A stretch of 64,000 bases of DNA from Lophium mytilinum. Taxonomy: Eukaryota. Positions 24,269 through 38,838 of the stretch are shown piece after piece. Where the stretch lies: positions 630,801 through 694,800 of the forward strand of contig MU004184.1 of the NCBI GenBank assembly GCA_010093605.1, in the 5' to 3' direction. The position numbers and the translations under genes are program-made. The stretch's first letter is position 1, and the number at the start of each line of letters is the position of its first letter. The notes under the pieces were generated by a model. That model was not told the origin of the DNA and did no database searches. It saw only the letters and a list, made by a program, of their open reading frames with translations.

Positions 24269-24430
24269 CACGCAATTGGGACACGGTTTTCATTCACTAG
24301 CATTGACATTGTTGTCTTGAGACATTCAAGCTTCTATGTAGCTGATCCACGCAATTGGGACACGGTATTCATTCACTAGCATTGACATCGTTGTCTTGAG
24401 ACATTCAAGCTTCTATGTAGCTGATCCACG
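24269..24430. repeat. 79-bp direct tandem duplication (2 copies plus 4-bp microhomology)
   Basis: Copy 1 at 24269-24347 and copy 2 at 24348-24426 differ at 2 positions; CACG recurs at 24427-24430. Confidence 0.95.
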
Positions 24431-24464
24431 TCCTTGCGTGCCTCCTCGCATCACGGCTCCGACC

Positions 24465-26202
24465 CTACATGCGATCTCTCCGCCTCGGCGCACTGCGGAT
24501 GATGTTGTCAACCCGAAGCAGGAGCTGTGAAGAGTTAGCGAGTGCCCTGCAAACATCATCTATCGATGCTTACCTCTGCTGCCTCGGACGCTGAGGAAAC
24601 AACCGCGCGCTTCAGCTTGTAGCTCTCAATGACCCCCAGCTCCCTCATGTCTGCGATGCCACCGCCCGGCGTCAACAGATCCAGCCCGGAGGACGTCATG
24701 CCTGCGTATATGGCCTTGCGAAGCCTTGTCACCAGATCGCTCGAGTCGAAACCGGCGTTGTCGGCGAGGATGGTTGGCAGCTGCGCCAGAGCCTTCGCGA
24801 AGGATTCGACCGCAATCGCCTTCTTGCCTGCTACATTTTGCGCCGCCTGGGCAACCGCATTTGCCATCACCATCTCTGCGCAGCCACCTCCTAGCGTCGT
24901 CTTTGGCTCCTTGACTGTTTGAGATAGGACGGCAAGGGCATCGTGGAGCGAGCGCTCCGCCTCGTCCAGGAGTTGCTCTGTTGCGCCGCGGAGCACGATT
25001 GTGCAAGCCTTGCCGGCGGCGACCCCAGAGAACTTGATCAACGTGTCCTCGCCGATGATGACCTCTTCGATGAGATCGCAGTGGCCAAGCTTGACGTTCT
25101 CGGGGTGGTCGAAGGATGAAGTGATCTCGCCGCCAGTCACCAACGCCAGACGCTCGACGCCGTCGAAGTCCGCGTGCTCGATGGAGCTTATTCCAGAATC
25201 AGCAAACAGTTGTTCCGGCCAGTTGTAGATTAGCTGCCTGTTGACGAAGCAATTGATGCCGTGGGCCTTGATTCGGTCCACCTTCGACTTCATCTTCTCG
25301 CGCTCCGCCTTCTCCAGGTCCGCCAACTTGCCCGTCGAGTCGACCTTTACCCTCGCACCGAATATCTTGATCTTGTCTGTGTCCATAGCGGTGTTTGCAA
25401 CGAGGATCTTGGCATTCTCTATCCTCTTCGGTTGGTTGACACCGAACCTCTTGTCGAGAATGAAGCCTTCATCCAGATACGAGTCCTTGAGCTTTCCACC
25501 TGCTTTCTTGATGATTTGAATGTGCGTAAGATCTGTAGAGCCCTGCATTCTGAGCACAGCGTCAGTTGCTAGCTTTGCGAACTGCGTCCTGTCCTGGCTG
25601 AGAACTTTGGAGCTCAGAGTTGTTCGTGCTATAGCCTCTAGATCTTTGCGGAACGCTGCCTTGTCCTTGCTGTTATCCACGGCAGTCTTCTCCAAAGCTT
25701 GCAGTGCGGCCTGGCTCGCTATCCTGTAGCCTTCGATGATAGTCTGCGGGTGTATCTTTTGGTCGACGAGCTTCTCTGCCTCGCGGAGCAGCTCCGCCGC
25801 CAGAACCGTCACTGAAGTCGTTCCGTCTCCCACCTCGTCATCTTGCACTTTCGATATATTCACTAGCACCTTTGCTGCAGCGTTGTCCAAGGCGATCGAT
25901 TTTAGGATAGTGGCTCCGTCGTTCGTGACCATGATCTCGCCAGTTGATCTAATAAATAAATTAGCGGGGCCTGGCACCGTTTGATAGACACTTACCCCGA
26001 CTGTAATATCTTGTCCATGCCTTTGGGGCCCAGTGTGCTCTTTACCAGATCTCCAACTGCAATAGCGCCCACAAAGGCCGAGAGACGCGCATTCTCGCCC
26101 TTCTCTTCCGTGACATCGTCCGCAAATATCTGGGTGGGGTTGTTGTACGACTAGAATATGTCAGCAAAATTCATGAGCTGGTATATACTTGAGACTCACC
26201 AT
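24465..26202 (-). CDS. CCT2: T-complex protein 1 subunit beta (CCT-beta)
   Basis: Exons 26202-26200 (ATG only), 26150-25996, 25948-24574, 24524-24465. Motifs [67 protein letters not shown] and LLRVDNIIR. Confidence 0.97.
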
Positions 26203-26477
26203 TATGCAGTACTAACAAGCAGAAGTGAGAGGGAAAAGAGGTGAGCTGACGCTGGTGCTGAGCTGCAGAGGGTTGTGCCTGGAGAGACGCGACTTTCGAC
26301 CCGGAAATTTCATGGTTTGCCAAGCCATCTCCAAAGCCCCCGGCGACTGCCACCTGCCATTGTCCATTCATGTTTGCACAACGCGACTCACCTTCAGGCT
26401 ACGCGTAGACTTCAGGATGCGCAAATCATACCCTACGCTTTCTCAACTATATTACTTAGACCCAATGCCTGGACAGC

Positions 26478-28526
26478 ATGGGTAGGCAGGCGTATCTGAC
26501 ACGCTTGGCTCTGGTGAGTATGCGTAGAGCAATGCATCTCCATAGCTGTCATTCTTCTCCGTCTTCCCAAACACCGGTCACGGACTTATCTGTCCGTCAT
26601 TATAGGGACGCTCTGCCTTCGAGGTCCAGGATCAAGGCAGTTCGCAACCTTTCCAAAATAGCCATCCACAAACCACAGAGTCCGACCCACGGACCGCTCC
26701 CCGCAATGACTACGTTCAACGATATGACGAGCGAGGACACCCGGTAAACCCAGCATCTCGTGAGCATGGACGGATATTGCGGGAGGCGCAGAACGATGTT
26801 CTTGCTGCCATTGGAGTGGTGGAACGCCGCGCTTTACCAATGTCAGAAGAGGACGTTCAGTTGTTGTGCAGGAAGATAGACATTTTGGACACAATGGAGT
26901 CGGAGAACAACGCTGGAGATCTCGTTGCCGCCGTATCAACATTGGCTGATGTCCTGTGTACCTGGTGGATTGGGTCGCTTAGGGATCGGATCTTGGTGAG
27001 TGTGATATGGCGCAGTGGAAAAGACCTAGGTTCTGACGATACACTCAGACTTTCGAAATGCTCCCTAGCATGCAATTTTCGACTCTTATCTACGCTCAGT
27101 ATCGGTCTGCTGGATTCTGGACGTTCTTTTGCGCTGGCCTACCTGCCCATATCTTCTGGTCGTCGGCATACCAGACCACCACTAGCTTGGTAGGCAGTTT
27201 GAGACTGATCGACAGTTTCCTACAGTGGAGGCAGCCATCCCGACGTACGAGGAATCGTGTCCAGCGGTGGAAACCCGCGATAAACGAGATGTGCGTTTCC
27301 AGTTCTCTGTCACATGTGTATTCTAATGAAGACACAGCTTCAGAGCAGTCGCGAAAGTCGCGTTTTTTCCATTGTACTATTATTCCAGTCTTCAAAGACT
27401 ACATCTTGTGCCCATTCGGCCGTTTCTTCCCCCCCTAGAATCGTTCATTCCTTTCACGCCATCGTCACCTATCCAAAGGGTTCCATTCCCATCTACTCTT
27501 ACACGAGAATCAGTCACGACTTTCACTGTTTCGTTGCTTGCGTCTCCGCTGCTACTCTTCTTCGTTGAAGTGTTTATTGAAAGACAGGTCTATGGCGTCA
27601 TATACGATGCCATAGAGTCGAGACAGCTGGAAGCGGGCAGTGAATTAGCACACTCCGAAGAATATCCCAAGCCACGGACTGCGAAGTTCATTGGCCTCAG
27701 TGAAGCGCCGTGGGGAGTCTTTGGAAGCGCGATCGATACACTGTTAGGCTATCTCCGCCGGGCATACATCTTCGACGACGAGCTCGATGGTCGCCGGACA
27801 CCACAGGAACGCTACATAGAGAGAGAGCTCGACCGAATCCGCGCCGAGGTCGACTTGGGGAATCTTCAACTCACTGACTTGGAACGGCTTGATGTTCCAT
27901 TGGCACATGCAGAGAACGACTCACGGCCTATGGAGTTCGGCGAGTCCGACACAGGCCATGCTACTATGCCTCTCGATCTGTCCAGGCCTGTCTCCCCCGT
28001 ATCGCAAACTATCTCCGAAGGGAGTCTAGATGCCATGGACCCAAGCGTTCGAATAACTTCTAGGGAGGAGAACGACGGCATAGTCGAATTAGAGGTTCGA
28101 CTTCCTCAACTAGCATCCGTTACGCACGAAGAACTCGCCACAAACGCCTCAGCAGCCAGAATTCACAACGGCCGAGGCGATGACGGCCAGCAATGGATCT
28201 TCCCTCGAGCGACGAAGCTTTCAACAGAGCCTAGCCGAATGCTGGGGTCAATACTGAATAGCCAGATAGTGACCTGGGCAAGGATGCCTCTGCAGCTGGC
28301 CGGATTACGATTACTGGCTAGGGGATTCCAGGCCGCCCATTCTCAGGCTCTCTCTGGAAGATCTGTGCAGAATCCACTGCTCGGCTTACGCCCTTTCCGT
28401 GTTCTCGAGAGGGCGCTCTTGTGTGGAGGGATTGAGTTCATGGGGAATCTCACAGTCTGGGGCTGTGAGTGCTGTGTTGTCGCGTGCTTAGGCCAGGCTT
28501 TCTATAAGTGGGGGAGAAGCCGTTGA
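26478..28526 (+). CDS. Conserved uncharacterised Pezizomycotina protein with hydrophobic segments
   Basis: Exons 26478-26513, 26606-26995, 27049-27290, 27338-28526 join in frame through canonical introns, giving MGRQAYLTRLAL-GRSAFE..YDERGHPVNP..LREAQNDVLAAIGVV..WWIGSLRDRIL. The N-terminal motifs are recalled from conserved fungal hypothetical proteins. Confidence 0.75.
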
Positions 28527-31013
28527 CGCATGTAGAGAACGACTACCAGCATAGGTACAGCGGTGAGAGAGATGGCCTGTTCACACGTTCATGCCACTGG
28601 TTGCAGTCCTCCGACCCTCATCGGGCTGATTATGGCCTGTGAGCTGGATAGGGTGTGCGTTGTATGGGCTTGGGCTGAAGACTAGCTAGCCATTGGCAAG
28701 ACTATGCCAGACACTCGTAGTCGTACCCCACCATCCTTCTTTACTGCCGTAGATTCAAGCAACTCGTCCCATCTCCTGATAATGCCTTAGCTCGCCTCGT
28801 GTATGACAAGGGATGTGCATCATGATATGCGACGCTTGCCATTAAGGGTGAGATACTGTACGACGGCCCACCTCATGCCTTCGCTAGCTAGCTAATCCAC
28901 GTACATCAAAGACTTACCATTTTGTCTAGACCTCTGATATTGTGAGTGGGTGATGCTTGGCTCCCTCGTCGACTCCAGTGACGCGCAGCGAGACACGCTA
29001 GAGATCGACAACGACGTGCGAGCAGACAGGGATGTACGGAGGTAGCTCCTACGCAGAGCGGGCATCGCTTCCACCCAATGAGCGCAGGAGACCACAGTGT
29101 GCTCTCCACACTAGTCAGTTGGGCATACTGCTGGGCTGGCTGAGGCGGGAACCATAAAGACTACGATGCTGCCGCTGTTTTTGCGCCGGTGGACAGAGTC
29201 GTCGACATCCCCCTCATCGCTCGGGCTATGGCGTGAATGGCCTCGCGTACCAGCATCAAGGAACCTTTCGCTACGGCCCGGGCGCAAGCAACTCCGTAGT
29301 GCGATCCTCCGCGACACCTAGCGGATCCCACTCCAAGGACTACGTTCGACATAGGCCGCCTCACACTGGACTCGTTCAGGACGCTGTTTCCCCTCTACCT
29401 CAGTATATTAACGCTCCTAGACACTGAACGATGCGTCCTGGGCCACCTTGGTCGGTCATGCTCGCTGCCGGACGGCTGATGCGACTGCCGTATCTTTGTG
29501 GGATCGAGAGAACAGCGTGAACAGCATCTGGGAAGAGCAGAGAGCCAAATGTAGAGGTCAGACGCGCCTCGTCCACTATCGAATCATGATCCGGCAAGAG
29601 GAGGAGACTGCAAGACGCTACATCTGGACGATCCTACCCACGCACGATTGGAGCCGCAACAATGGCCTGAATGCTACTGTCCACAGCGGTTGCACGACAA
29701 TAGTCCTAACGTCAGAACAAAAACTAAGATGGAACTCCGTGGAGCGGCATCACTAGACGGGCAGCGTGACACAATCGATGATGGAGACACCCGGAGCATG
29801 GCGGTGACGACGACGACCACGTTGGCTCGAAATCCCCTCGTCTCCAATCCTACAGGCATTGCCTGGCACGGCCGGTCACGCGCGGCTGTCAAACCTGCGA
29901 CGACTGCGACGAATATGTACTCCCATCATTGGCGCGTCAACCCCATCGCCATCACTTAAGACGACCCACGAGGTAGACGCTTCCTATAGACCGGGAGACG
30001 TTGCTCTCCGGAACCACGCCACCGAAGTGACTGGCAACCAACAGCATAGGATGTGCTGATGGTCGTGGCTGGCTCCGTTACTTTTTGATGAAGAAGAGAA
30101 GGAGGATCGAGCTCGCGCAGAGTTTTGTGGGCAGCACGCTCGGGCCGACCTATGTCACGTGGTCGCTTAGAGCGAGGCCTGACACATGGTCACGTGGCTG
30201 CTTAGAGCCTCAAGGGCGGGGTTTGACAGGTAGGGGCTCTTTTGATCGCCACAACAATACGACGAGGCGCTCTCGCTGCCACCGCTGTTCAGACCCACAT
30301 ACATAAGGCTTCTCGGGAGGACCCATCCAAGCGGTTCCGGCACCCATCGCTCTAGACCGTCGATGCGCTCCCGTCTGGCGGCCAGTTCTCCGTGTGCCCG
30401 CACGTCATCCCCCGCAGCAGACGCATCGAGGTGGTGCTATGATCGAGAATTGCTGCTCCATCGAAGGTAGAAATAGATGTGCCAATCAGCACCGCGGCAC
30501 ACATCGCCAGCCCTCCTGGCGCTCCTGGTCGTAGCCCAGTGCTCTTCTCGCCGTCTACTGTGCACTCGTACTGCAATGCGACGCGTAGATCCAGCCTGTT
30601 CTTGCTGTGGTACTGTTCTTTGCGAGCGGCACTGTGCCGCGTAAAGGCATGCATATGGCGTTTATGCTGAGAAACGGGCCGATACACGCGCCACCGTGCA
30701 GAAACAGCCCATCGGCAGTGGCGAGACTCTGGAGTTTACCCCGAGGAGCTTGCAGCCAATAGCCGTCCGTACCATCCTTCTAGCGCGACAATACTGGCTG
30801 CGTGCTCCTCTGGCGCAAAAACACTTGGCATTATTTCGGAGACGGACTCCCCTCCGAAACCCACTACTCCCCTAATTTCTCCCGCGGTACTCTATCAAAT
30901 ACAGTCTACAACCGCTGCGGCCGTCCTATATCACATATTGATATGGTGCGACTTGACCGCCAGCTCCTCCACGAGGCTTGTATTTATCCTCCAAGCCTCA
31001 AATCGCGCCTACC

Positions 31014-33777
31014 ATGAGTTCGAGGCCCATACTTCCATTGCCGTCAAACTTCGCGGCCCAACAACTTCAGCATGATCAGTTACCAAATCGTTCCGACCAC
31101 CCCAATGGCCCAAATCGCCCGACATATGCGAAGCGTGGCAAAATTACGATAGTAGCGTGCGTGCCGTGCCGTAGGAGGAAGACAAAGGTCGATAATCCTC
31201 ATGCTCCTTATGCCCAGCGCGAACTCCCAGGCACTTCCCCCAAGGCAAAGGACTAATACGCCTCGCAATTTAGTGTGATGGCAAGCGACCACTATGCTCG
31301 CAGTGCATCGCCCGAGAGGGCGCCTGCCTGTATGACATGACTGACGAGCAGCGCCGGCTCACCTTCCTACGAGACAACGTAGAGCACCTCGAAGAGGAGA
31401 AGAGCGCCCTGGAGACGCTCGCCAATGTTCTCAAGACCAGCAGTGAGGAAGAAGTCACCGAAATCATCAACCAGCTTCGAAATACCCCTGATGTTCATAC
31501 CGTCGCGCAATCACTCCGAGGTCGCCGGTCCTTTAGTGAGCGAAATGAAAGCTCCGTGATCAGCAACGCTGCCATGAGCGCCACTGGCTGTAAGAAATAG
31601 ACCTTCCATCTTGTCTCTACATAGCCGTGTGCTCAACTCGTTGACCTCTTTAGATGATTCTACCCCAACAAGCCCTGTATATGGCACCGCCCGACTCGAA
31701 CAGTACGAAACTCTGATTCGAAAGATCGCCACAGCTTCTCAAAGCGACTTGAGCGAGATCATCCGGCGCCTACGATCTAACGACAATATCGGTGTTATAC
31801 TTAGTTCCATCCAAACTGAGAGTCTGCTCCAGGTCCTTCGCCCACGCGACGATGAGGTTACACCCACGATCGAGGCCGATTACTCTAGCCGGGAGGCGAT
31901 GTTCGGTTTGGTGCAGGGATCTCAGACCGGAAACCATGGCCGAGCGCTGGACGCACACACGCCCTTGGTAAACCAGCAGCCTTGGACATCTGTGTCGAAC
32001 GATTTTGAGTTTATTGAACACCTCCTATCTCTCTATTTCTCGTGGCAACACTCATTCTTCCAGAGCTTTCCGGAGAAGCTCTTCCGAGAAGACTTAGTAA
32101 CAGGGGGAACGAGGTACTGCTCTCGGCTACTTGTCAACGCCTTGTGTGCCACTGGATGTCTCCTATCTCGGCGGCCCGAGGCACGGCGTGACCCTAACGA
32201 CCCAAAAACCGCTGGCCTGGACTTCTTCGATGAGGCCGTGAGGCTGTTGAACGAGACACGAACTTCGAGTATTCCAACCATCGCTGCTCTATACTTGTTG
32301 TGCCATGTCGAAGGCAACCGAGGCCAGCTCGGCTCACTGTGGATGTATAGTGGACGCAGCTTTCGGATGGCATTAGATATCAACATGCACTTGCGAAGTG
32401 ACAAGTCAACATCGGATCAGCTTTCTGCTGTTACGAGTAAAGAAGAGGCGGCCCGGATTCATGCCTTCTGGGGTTGTTTCATTGCTGACCAGTAAAGTTT
32501 CCTACACCAAGTATCATCGCAAATATCTGAACTAACATGACCAGGGTCACAAGCTTCACCCTAGGTCGACTTCCCCAAATACCCATTAACGCCATCACTA
32601 TTGAGCTACCGCCGATTGATGATGAAGTAGACCAAGAGACATGGCTGGCGTACGATATTTCTAGTAGGAAAAGAGTGGGTGCTCGGTCTACCACATTCAA
32701 CCAAGTCGCTGCACTTTCCAAGATAGTCAACTCTACGCTTCACATGTTCTTTGCACCTGCTCAGATACTCAGCGGCACGACTCTCTTGGACGAATACAAC
32801 AAGTACTTGCAATGGTTTAGTCGACTACCGGACCTCGTCTCCAGCATCGACGATGCCCCTCCCCACATTCTATGTTTACAGTAAGTCTGCCTAACCATCG
32901 ATACCCTCGCAACATGGTGCTCGGCGATTAGTGCCTCGAGTCAACAAGTCCTGCATTGTGTCTTGAATAGTCATCGTTGCATCCCTCGAAGTCTTGAATA
33001 AAATGTCTGACACAACTATTCAGCATGTATTACCACGCCGCCGTCTTACTACTCTTCCGACCTTTCCTCAAAGCTCAGTTCACACATTCAGACGTATCAC
33101 CGCGTGAGGTGTGCCGCCAGTCTGCAAATGCCATTTCCGACATCTTCGCTCAACACCGCCGTCTGTACGACCATGTAGGCATACACACCTTCCAAGTGCA
33201 CTGCCTTTCAACCGCCTGCACAATCCACATTATCAATGTCCCCACGATCTCAAGCACCAAATACCTTACCGCGGCTTGCAACGACTTCCAAGATCTCGTA
33301 GACCGCAACGAGTGGGCAACAGGGTCCCTCAACATCATCAAGGGACTAGTGCAGAAGTGGAACATTATCCTACCCCTTGAAGCCGAAACAGCGCTTTACC
33401 GCAACCAGGAAACCATCTCCAACTTCGACTTCGGATCAAGCACGCAAAGCTTTGCTAGTGGTGCGCCTCCATTGCAGCGCGGCCCCCTCTCCGAGAAGCG
33501 CGCCTTGTTCATCAGCCCGTCGTCGCAAGTCATGCAGAAGCGCCAGCGCTTGGCGCCCCGCGAAACGAGCGGGCATCAAGTGATGAACTACCTGTTCGCG
33601 CCGTCGCCGAATCAGCCCGCCCCGCTGCTCGGCCCGATGCATACCAGCACGTCGGCGGAGACGGAGTGGAATGACGAGCTGAATATGGTGGCGCAGGGCT
33701 TCGATGGGCTGAATTTCCTCGGCGACGACTGGTTCGATCCGTTTATGGGATTCCAGGGGGAGAATAGCGCTCTGTGA
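31014..33777 (+). CDS. Zn(II)2Cys6 transcription factor, NirA-like, with fungal-specific TF domain
   Basis: Exons 31014-31187, 31274-31589, 31654-32491, 32545-32880, 33024-33777. ACVPCRRRKTK-CDGKRPLCSQC..REGACLY binuclear cluster; PWTSV..D..FIEHLLSLYFSW, FWGCFIADQ..SFTLGRLPQ and YHAAVLLLFRPF. Confidence 0.9.
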
Positions 33778-34566
33778 CGTTATGAGGTACGCGGGGTTTG
33801 AACAAAGCTACTGGATTATATCAAGCAGCGGACTGGATTTCATCTGGCTTGGGTTTTACGACGGCCGGATTGGCACGCTTATTTTTCCCGCGATATCCCG
33901 ACCTCGATATTTTTTTCAACACTTGAGATTGTATGGTGTTTTAGCGCCGCGGGAGACTTGGTTCCGGTTATGTTGATGACGCGAACGACGACACGATTGG
34001 CTGGCTGTGGGGCGTCCACTATACCAGCTTGTACGAGGGCGGTCACGAGGACATGGACTAATGTTTTTTAATGGACGACTTGGTAGCTTCGTCTCGTGGC
34101 AAGGCTTCTTCTTCTTCTTGCTCTAGTCTGAGCCTCTCGAATTAGCGGGCGGGTGGAATCCGGAAAATTGTGCGTCTATTGCAAAGGAGTGTGGGTTGGA
34201 GTCTACGGCAGGAGGGTAGCGATTAGAATAGTGTCTCGGATATCCCCCCCATGGATGTTGACACCAAGTCTGGCAGGAGCAGAGCGTAGTAACATAGTAA
34301 TTCCCTGAAGTCGTTGCACTCAGGATGATTTCCGACCCCTTCATACCTAGCCCACAGCATTCCGCCCAGATTTGTGATTTTAACGACATGGGTTTCCAAA
34401 CCACTCGAAACGCTCATCGTGTGCGAAAGGTCAAGATTTCTTGTACAAGGTGATGTCAAGAAGTAGTTATTTCCGACCTCTCGGTCATATCTACCCGAAA
34501 ACGCCCAAAAACCATGCTCGTCGACATGACGCCCGCGCCGACCCCTCCACCTGCCTAACGCGCCCT

Positions 34567-35415
34567 TTACGGACACGCCACGCTATGATCATCGGCGTAC
34601 TCCTCTTCCCGAATGCCGTCCTTCGTTATCACCTTGACCATGACGCCCTTGAAGTCGACGGGCAGGCGGCGCTTGAGCTCGTCGGTGCACATGCGCAGGA
34701 TCTTCATGCCCTGCTCGAACGTGATGTCGGGGTGGTGGTGCTTGTCCAGGATAGAAAGGCAGTAGTACCTATCCCATCTCGTCAGTATTGCTACCTAAAA
34801 CTCGACGCAGCTAGTTGGTTTGTATTCTCGTGTGTATGGGGAACGTACTGTGCGTAGCCGTGTGCAGCGTAGGGCAGCGGCGCCAGGCTCGCTAGGTAGT
34901 CGATCCAGTACAGCGACGGCTTGTCGGTGATCTGGTCGTAGCCGCCGAGTAGCAGGTTCACGGTGTAGGGCTTGCGCGAGCGGAGGGCGCGCGCCAACTC
35001 GCCGCGGACGAAGTTTGCGGTCGCGGAGGGGGAGAGGTCCATGGCGTTACGCATGGAGTAGAGCTGGATGTTTGCTTGGATGAATTCGGCGAATTGGACT
35101 GGGGGCGTTGGGGTTAGCTAGGGTAGCTTGGTTCATGCTGGGTAATTGGAGAGGAAGGGGAAATCTTGTCTCGTCGATGGTATGGAGTTGTTAGAATAGT
35201 ACGTACTGGTATCGCCAGCCTCGCCCGAGAATGCCATTAACGAGTGTGAGTTGAGAGCTTTGGTCTTGTCGTCGGAGGCCTTGAGGATCGTGGCACCTCG
35301 CATCGCAGCCTTCGAGGCGGCGATGATGGTAAAGTCCTTGCCGGTGATGCCAAGAAGAACCTCCCTAGTGTCATGGTGAGCTACATTCAAGCTGGGGAAG
35401 ACACTATACTTACAT
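34567..35415 (-). CDS. PRE1: 20S proteasome subunit beta type 2 (beta4)
   Basis: Exons 35415-35414 (AT), 35364-35207, 35098-34849, 34768-34567. Product [71 protein letters not shown]. Confidence 0.96.
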
Positions 35416-36386
35416 GATGGCGAGTGTGTAGAGGATCTGTACGTGCAAGATCTATGTGGTGGAAGGAGAGCTAGATGTCGGGTTGTATGGAGGAAGGAGC
35501 GGTGAAGATGAAGTCCGCCGGCGATTTGAGTCGTCTGAGCTTAGAATATGAGGTTGGGGAGGAGATACGGCACAATATCACGCAGGCAGCATGTCCTCGC
35601 GTCCATAGAGGCCGTTCACCGTCGGTTGAAATGCGCCGAAGCTCCGATCAATATTCTTGGCATCAATCACGTGCGACCGAATCTTGAAAGTGATTGATAA
35701 AGTCCCTTTCTTAGATTGCACAACGCCATTGCTAAATTTGCGGGAGCGATATCTAAGGTGACTCGGGAAATGTTATAAATTGTAAGAATCGGCTCATTCA
35801 AGTCTGACCAACCTGTCAAGGCAGGTCAGATAGCGGTGGATCTATCTATGATACGAATGACTAGCCAGCCGATATTTCGAGCGCAGTAAACAGCTCTAGA
35901 GCATATGCAAATGCAAAACAGTACGATATCAGATACACTAGTCCATTGTAGCACTAATTCCAACTCGCCATCACGTGAGGATCTTGAGCGATCTCGGTGT
36001 CGCATCTGGTAGGGCTTTCTTCCGCACCATTCTCATTCGATCAGCACAGACCGGCGAGTTAAAACACCCCACCACGGTTTGACACCCCTCCTCAACCATT
36101 TCGGCCTCCTCTCTAGTTCCACGTCACCGTGCCCTCCAAACACGAGACTTCCAATTTCTCATCCCACTCCTCCCTCTCTCTGCGACGGTAAAGCTATCAC
36201 GTAAGTCTCGTCTTTTCCTAATTCCCTCAATCCGCGGCCGAGCCTGGCCTCCAATTGGAAGCACATGCCAGCGCAGCCTCCCCGCCGCCGGGAGCGCGGC
36301 CTTATCGTCCTAAAGCTGCTTTTTCTCCCCCCGTTGCAACCATTCGAAACGCAAATTAGCACCTGACATCACCTTTCCTTCAGCCT

Positions 36387-36394
36387 TATATAAA
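36387..36394 (+). promoter_or_regulatory. TATA box upstream of enolase (inside a probable 5'UTR intron)
   Basis: TATATAAA 100 nt upstream of the enolase ATG. Confidence 0.5.
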
Positions 36395-36414
36395 TCCCAT
36401 CCGACCCCCCCTAG

Positions 36415-38132
<1,718 letters not shown>

Positions 38133-38838
38133 AGGGTCCACGTATGCATGATCCCGAGACGATCTGCTTCAAATGGATGCTTGAGCGCGCCCCGAGAGGG
38201 CGGGGGATAGTCATTGCACGGCTGCGCTGAATGTAACCTGAATAAATTGGTAGAAGCAAAAGCGATGCAAACTTCGGACGTGTTGAGTCCAAACAATGCC
38301 TATTCTTGATTCGCACTAGCGTGACACTCATTCTCAGAACATTGCCAAGCACAAAACCGCCATTCCTGGGGACGAACGCCCACCATGAACAACATAGCAC
38401 CAAGCCCTGTGTGCAGAAGTTGTTTTTGTCTCGTTCTTTGCATGTTCCAATTGCCCCTTTCTTAGCGTGGGCCGCACCGTTGAAGCTGTGCCGCTTGCGA
38501 ATGAAACATGCAACGCTCCTATCCGCTTCGCCGCCCGATAGTAAATACCACCGCCATGTATCGGAAGGATGATATCGGCCTCGTATTAACACTCCGACAT
38601 GCTAAGGTGGTATGTCTTTGCCGTGCAAATGCCTTTTACTCATCCTTCTAACCGTACTACCACTATGGGTAGTATTTCCAACTCCAATAGGTCATGTTCG
38701 GCCAGACTAGAATCCTTCTGCCTTCTCGACACTCATACAAACCACTTTTCAAATACATTAAACAGACAATGATCTCTTCAATCCATTTCCCCGACAATCA
38801 AAAAGACCGAACTACACTTCTTCATCCAATACCCCAAA

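Noticed and set aside
24269..24430. Repeat considered as a CRISPR-like array
   Set aside because: Two adjacent copies with no spacers, eukaryotic context, no cas genes.
28890..30700. Short ORFs upstream of the Zn2Cys6 gene
   Set aside because: No domain, no consistent exon chain; probably promoter or intergenic.
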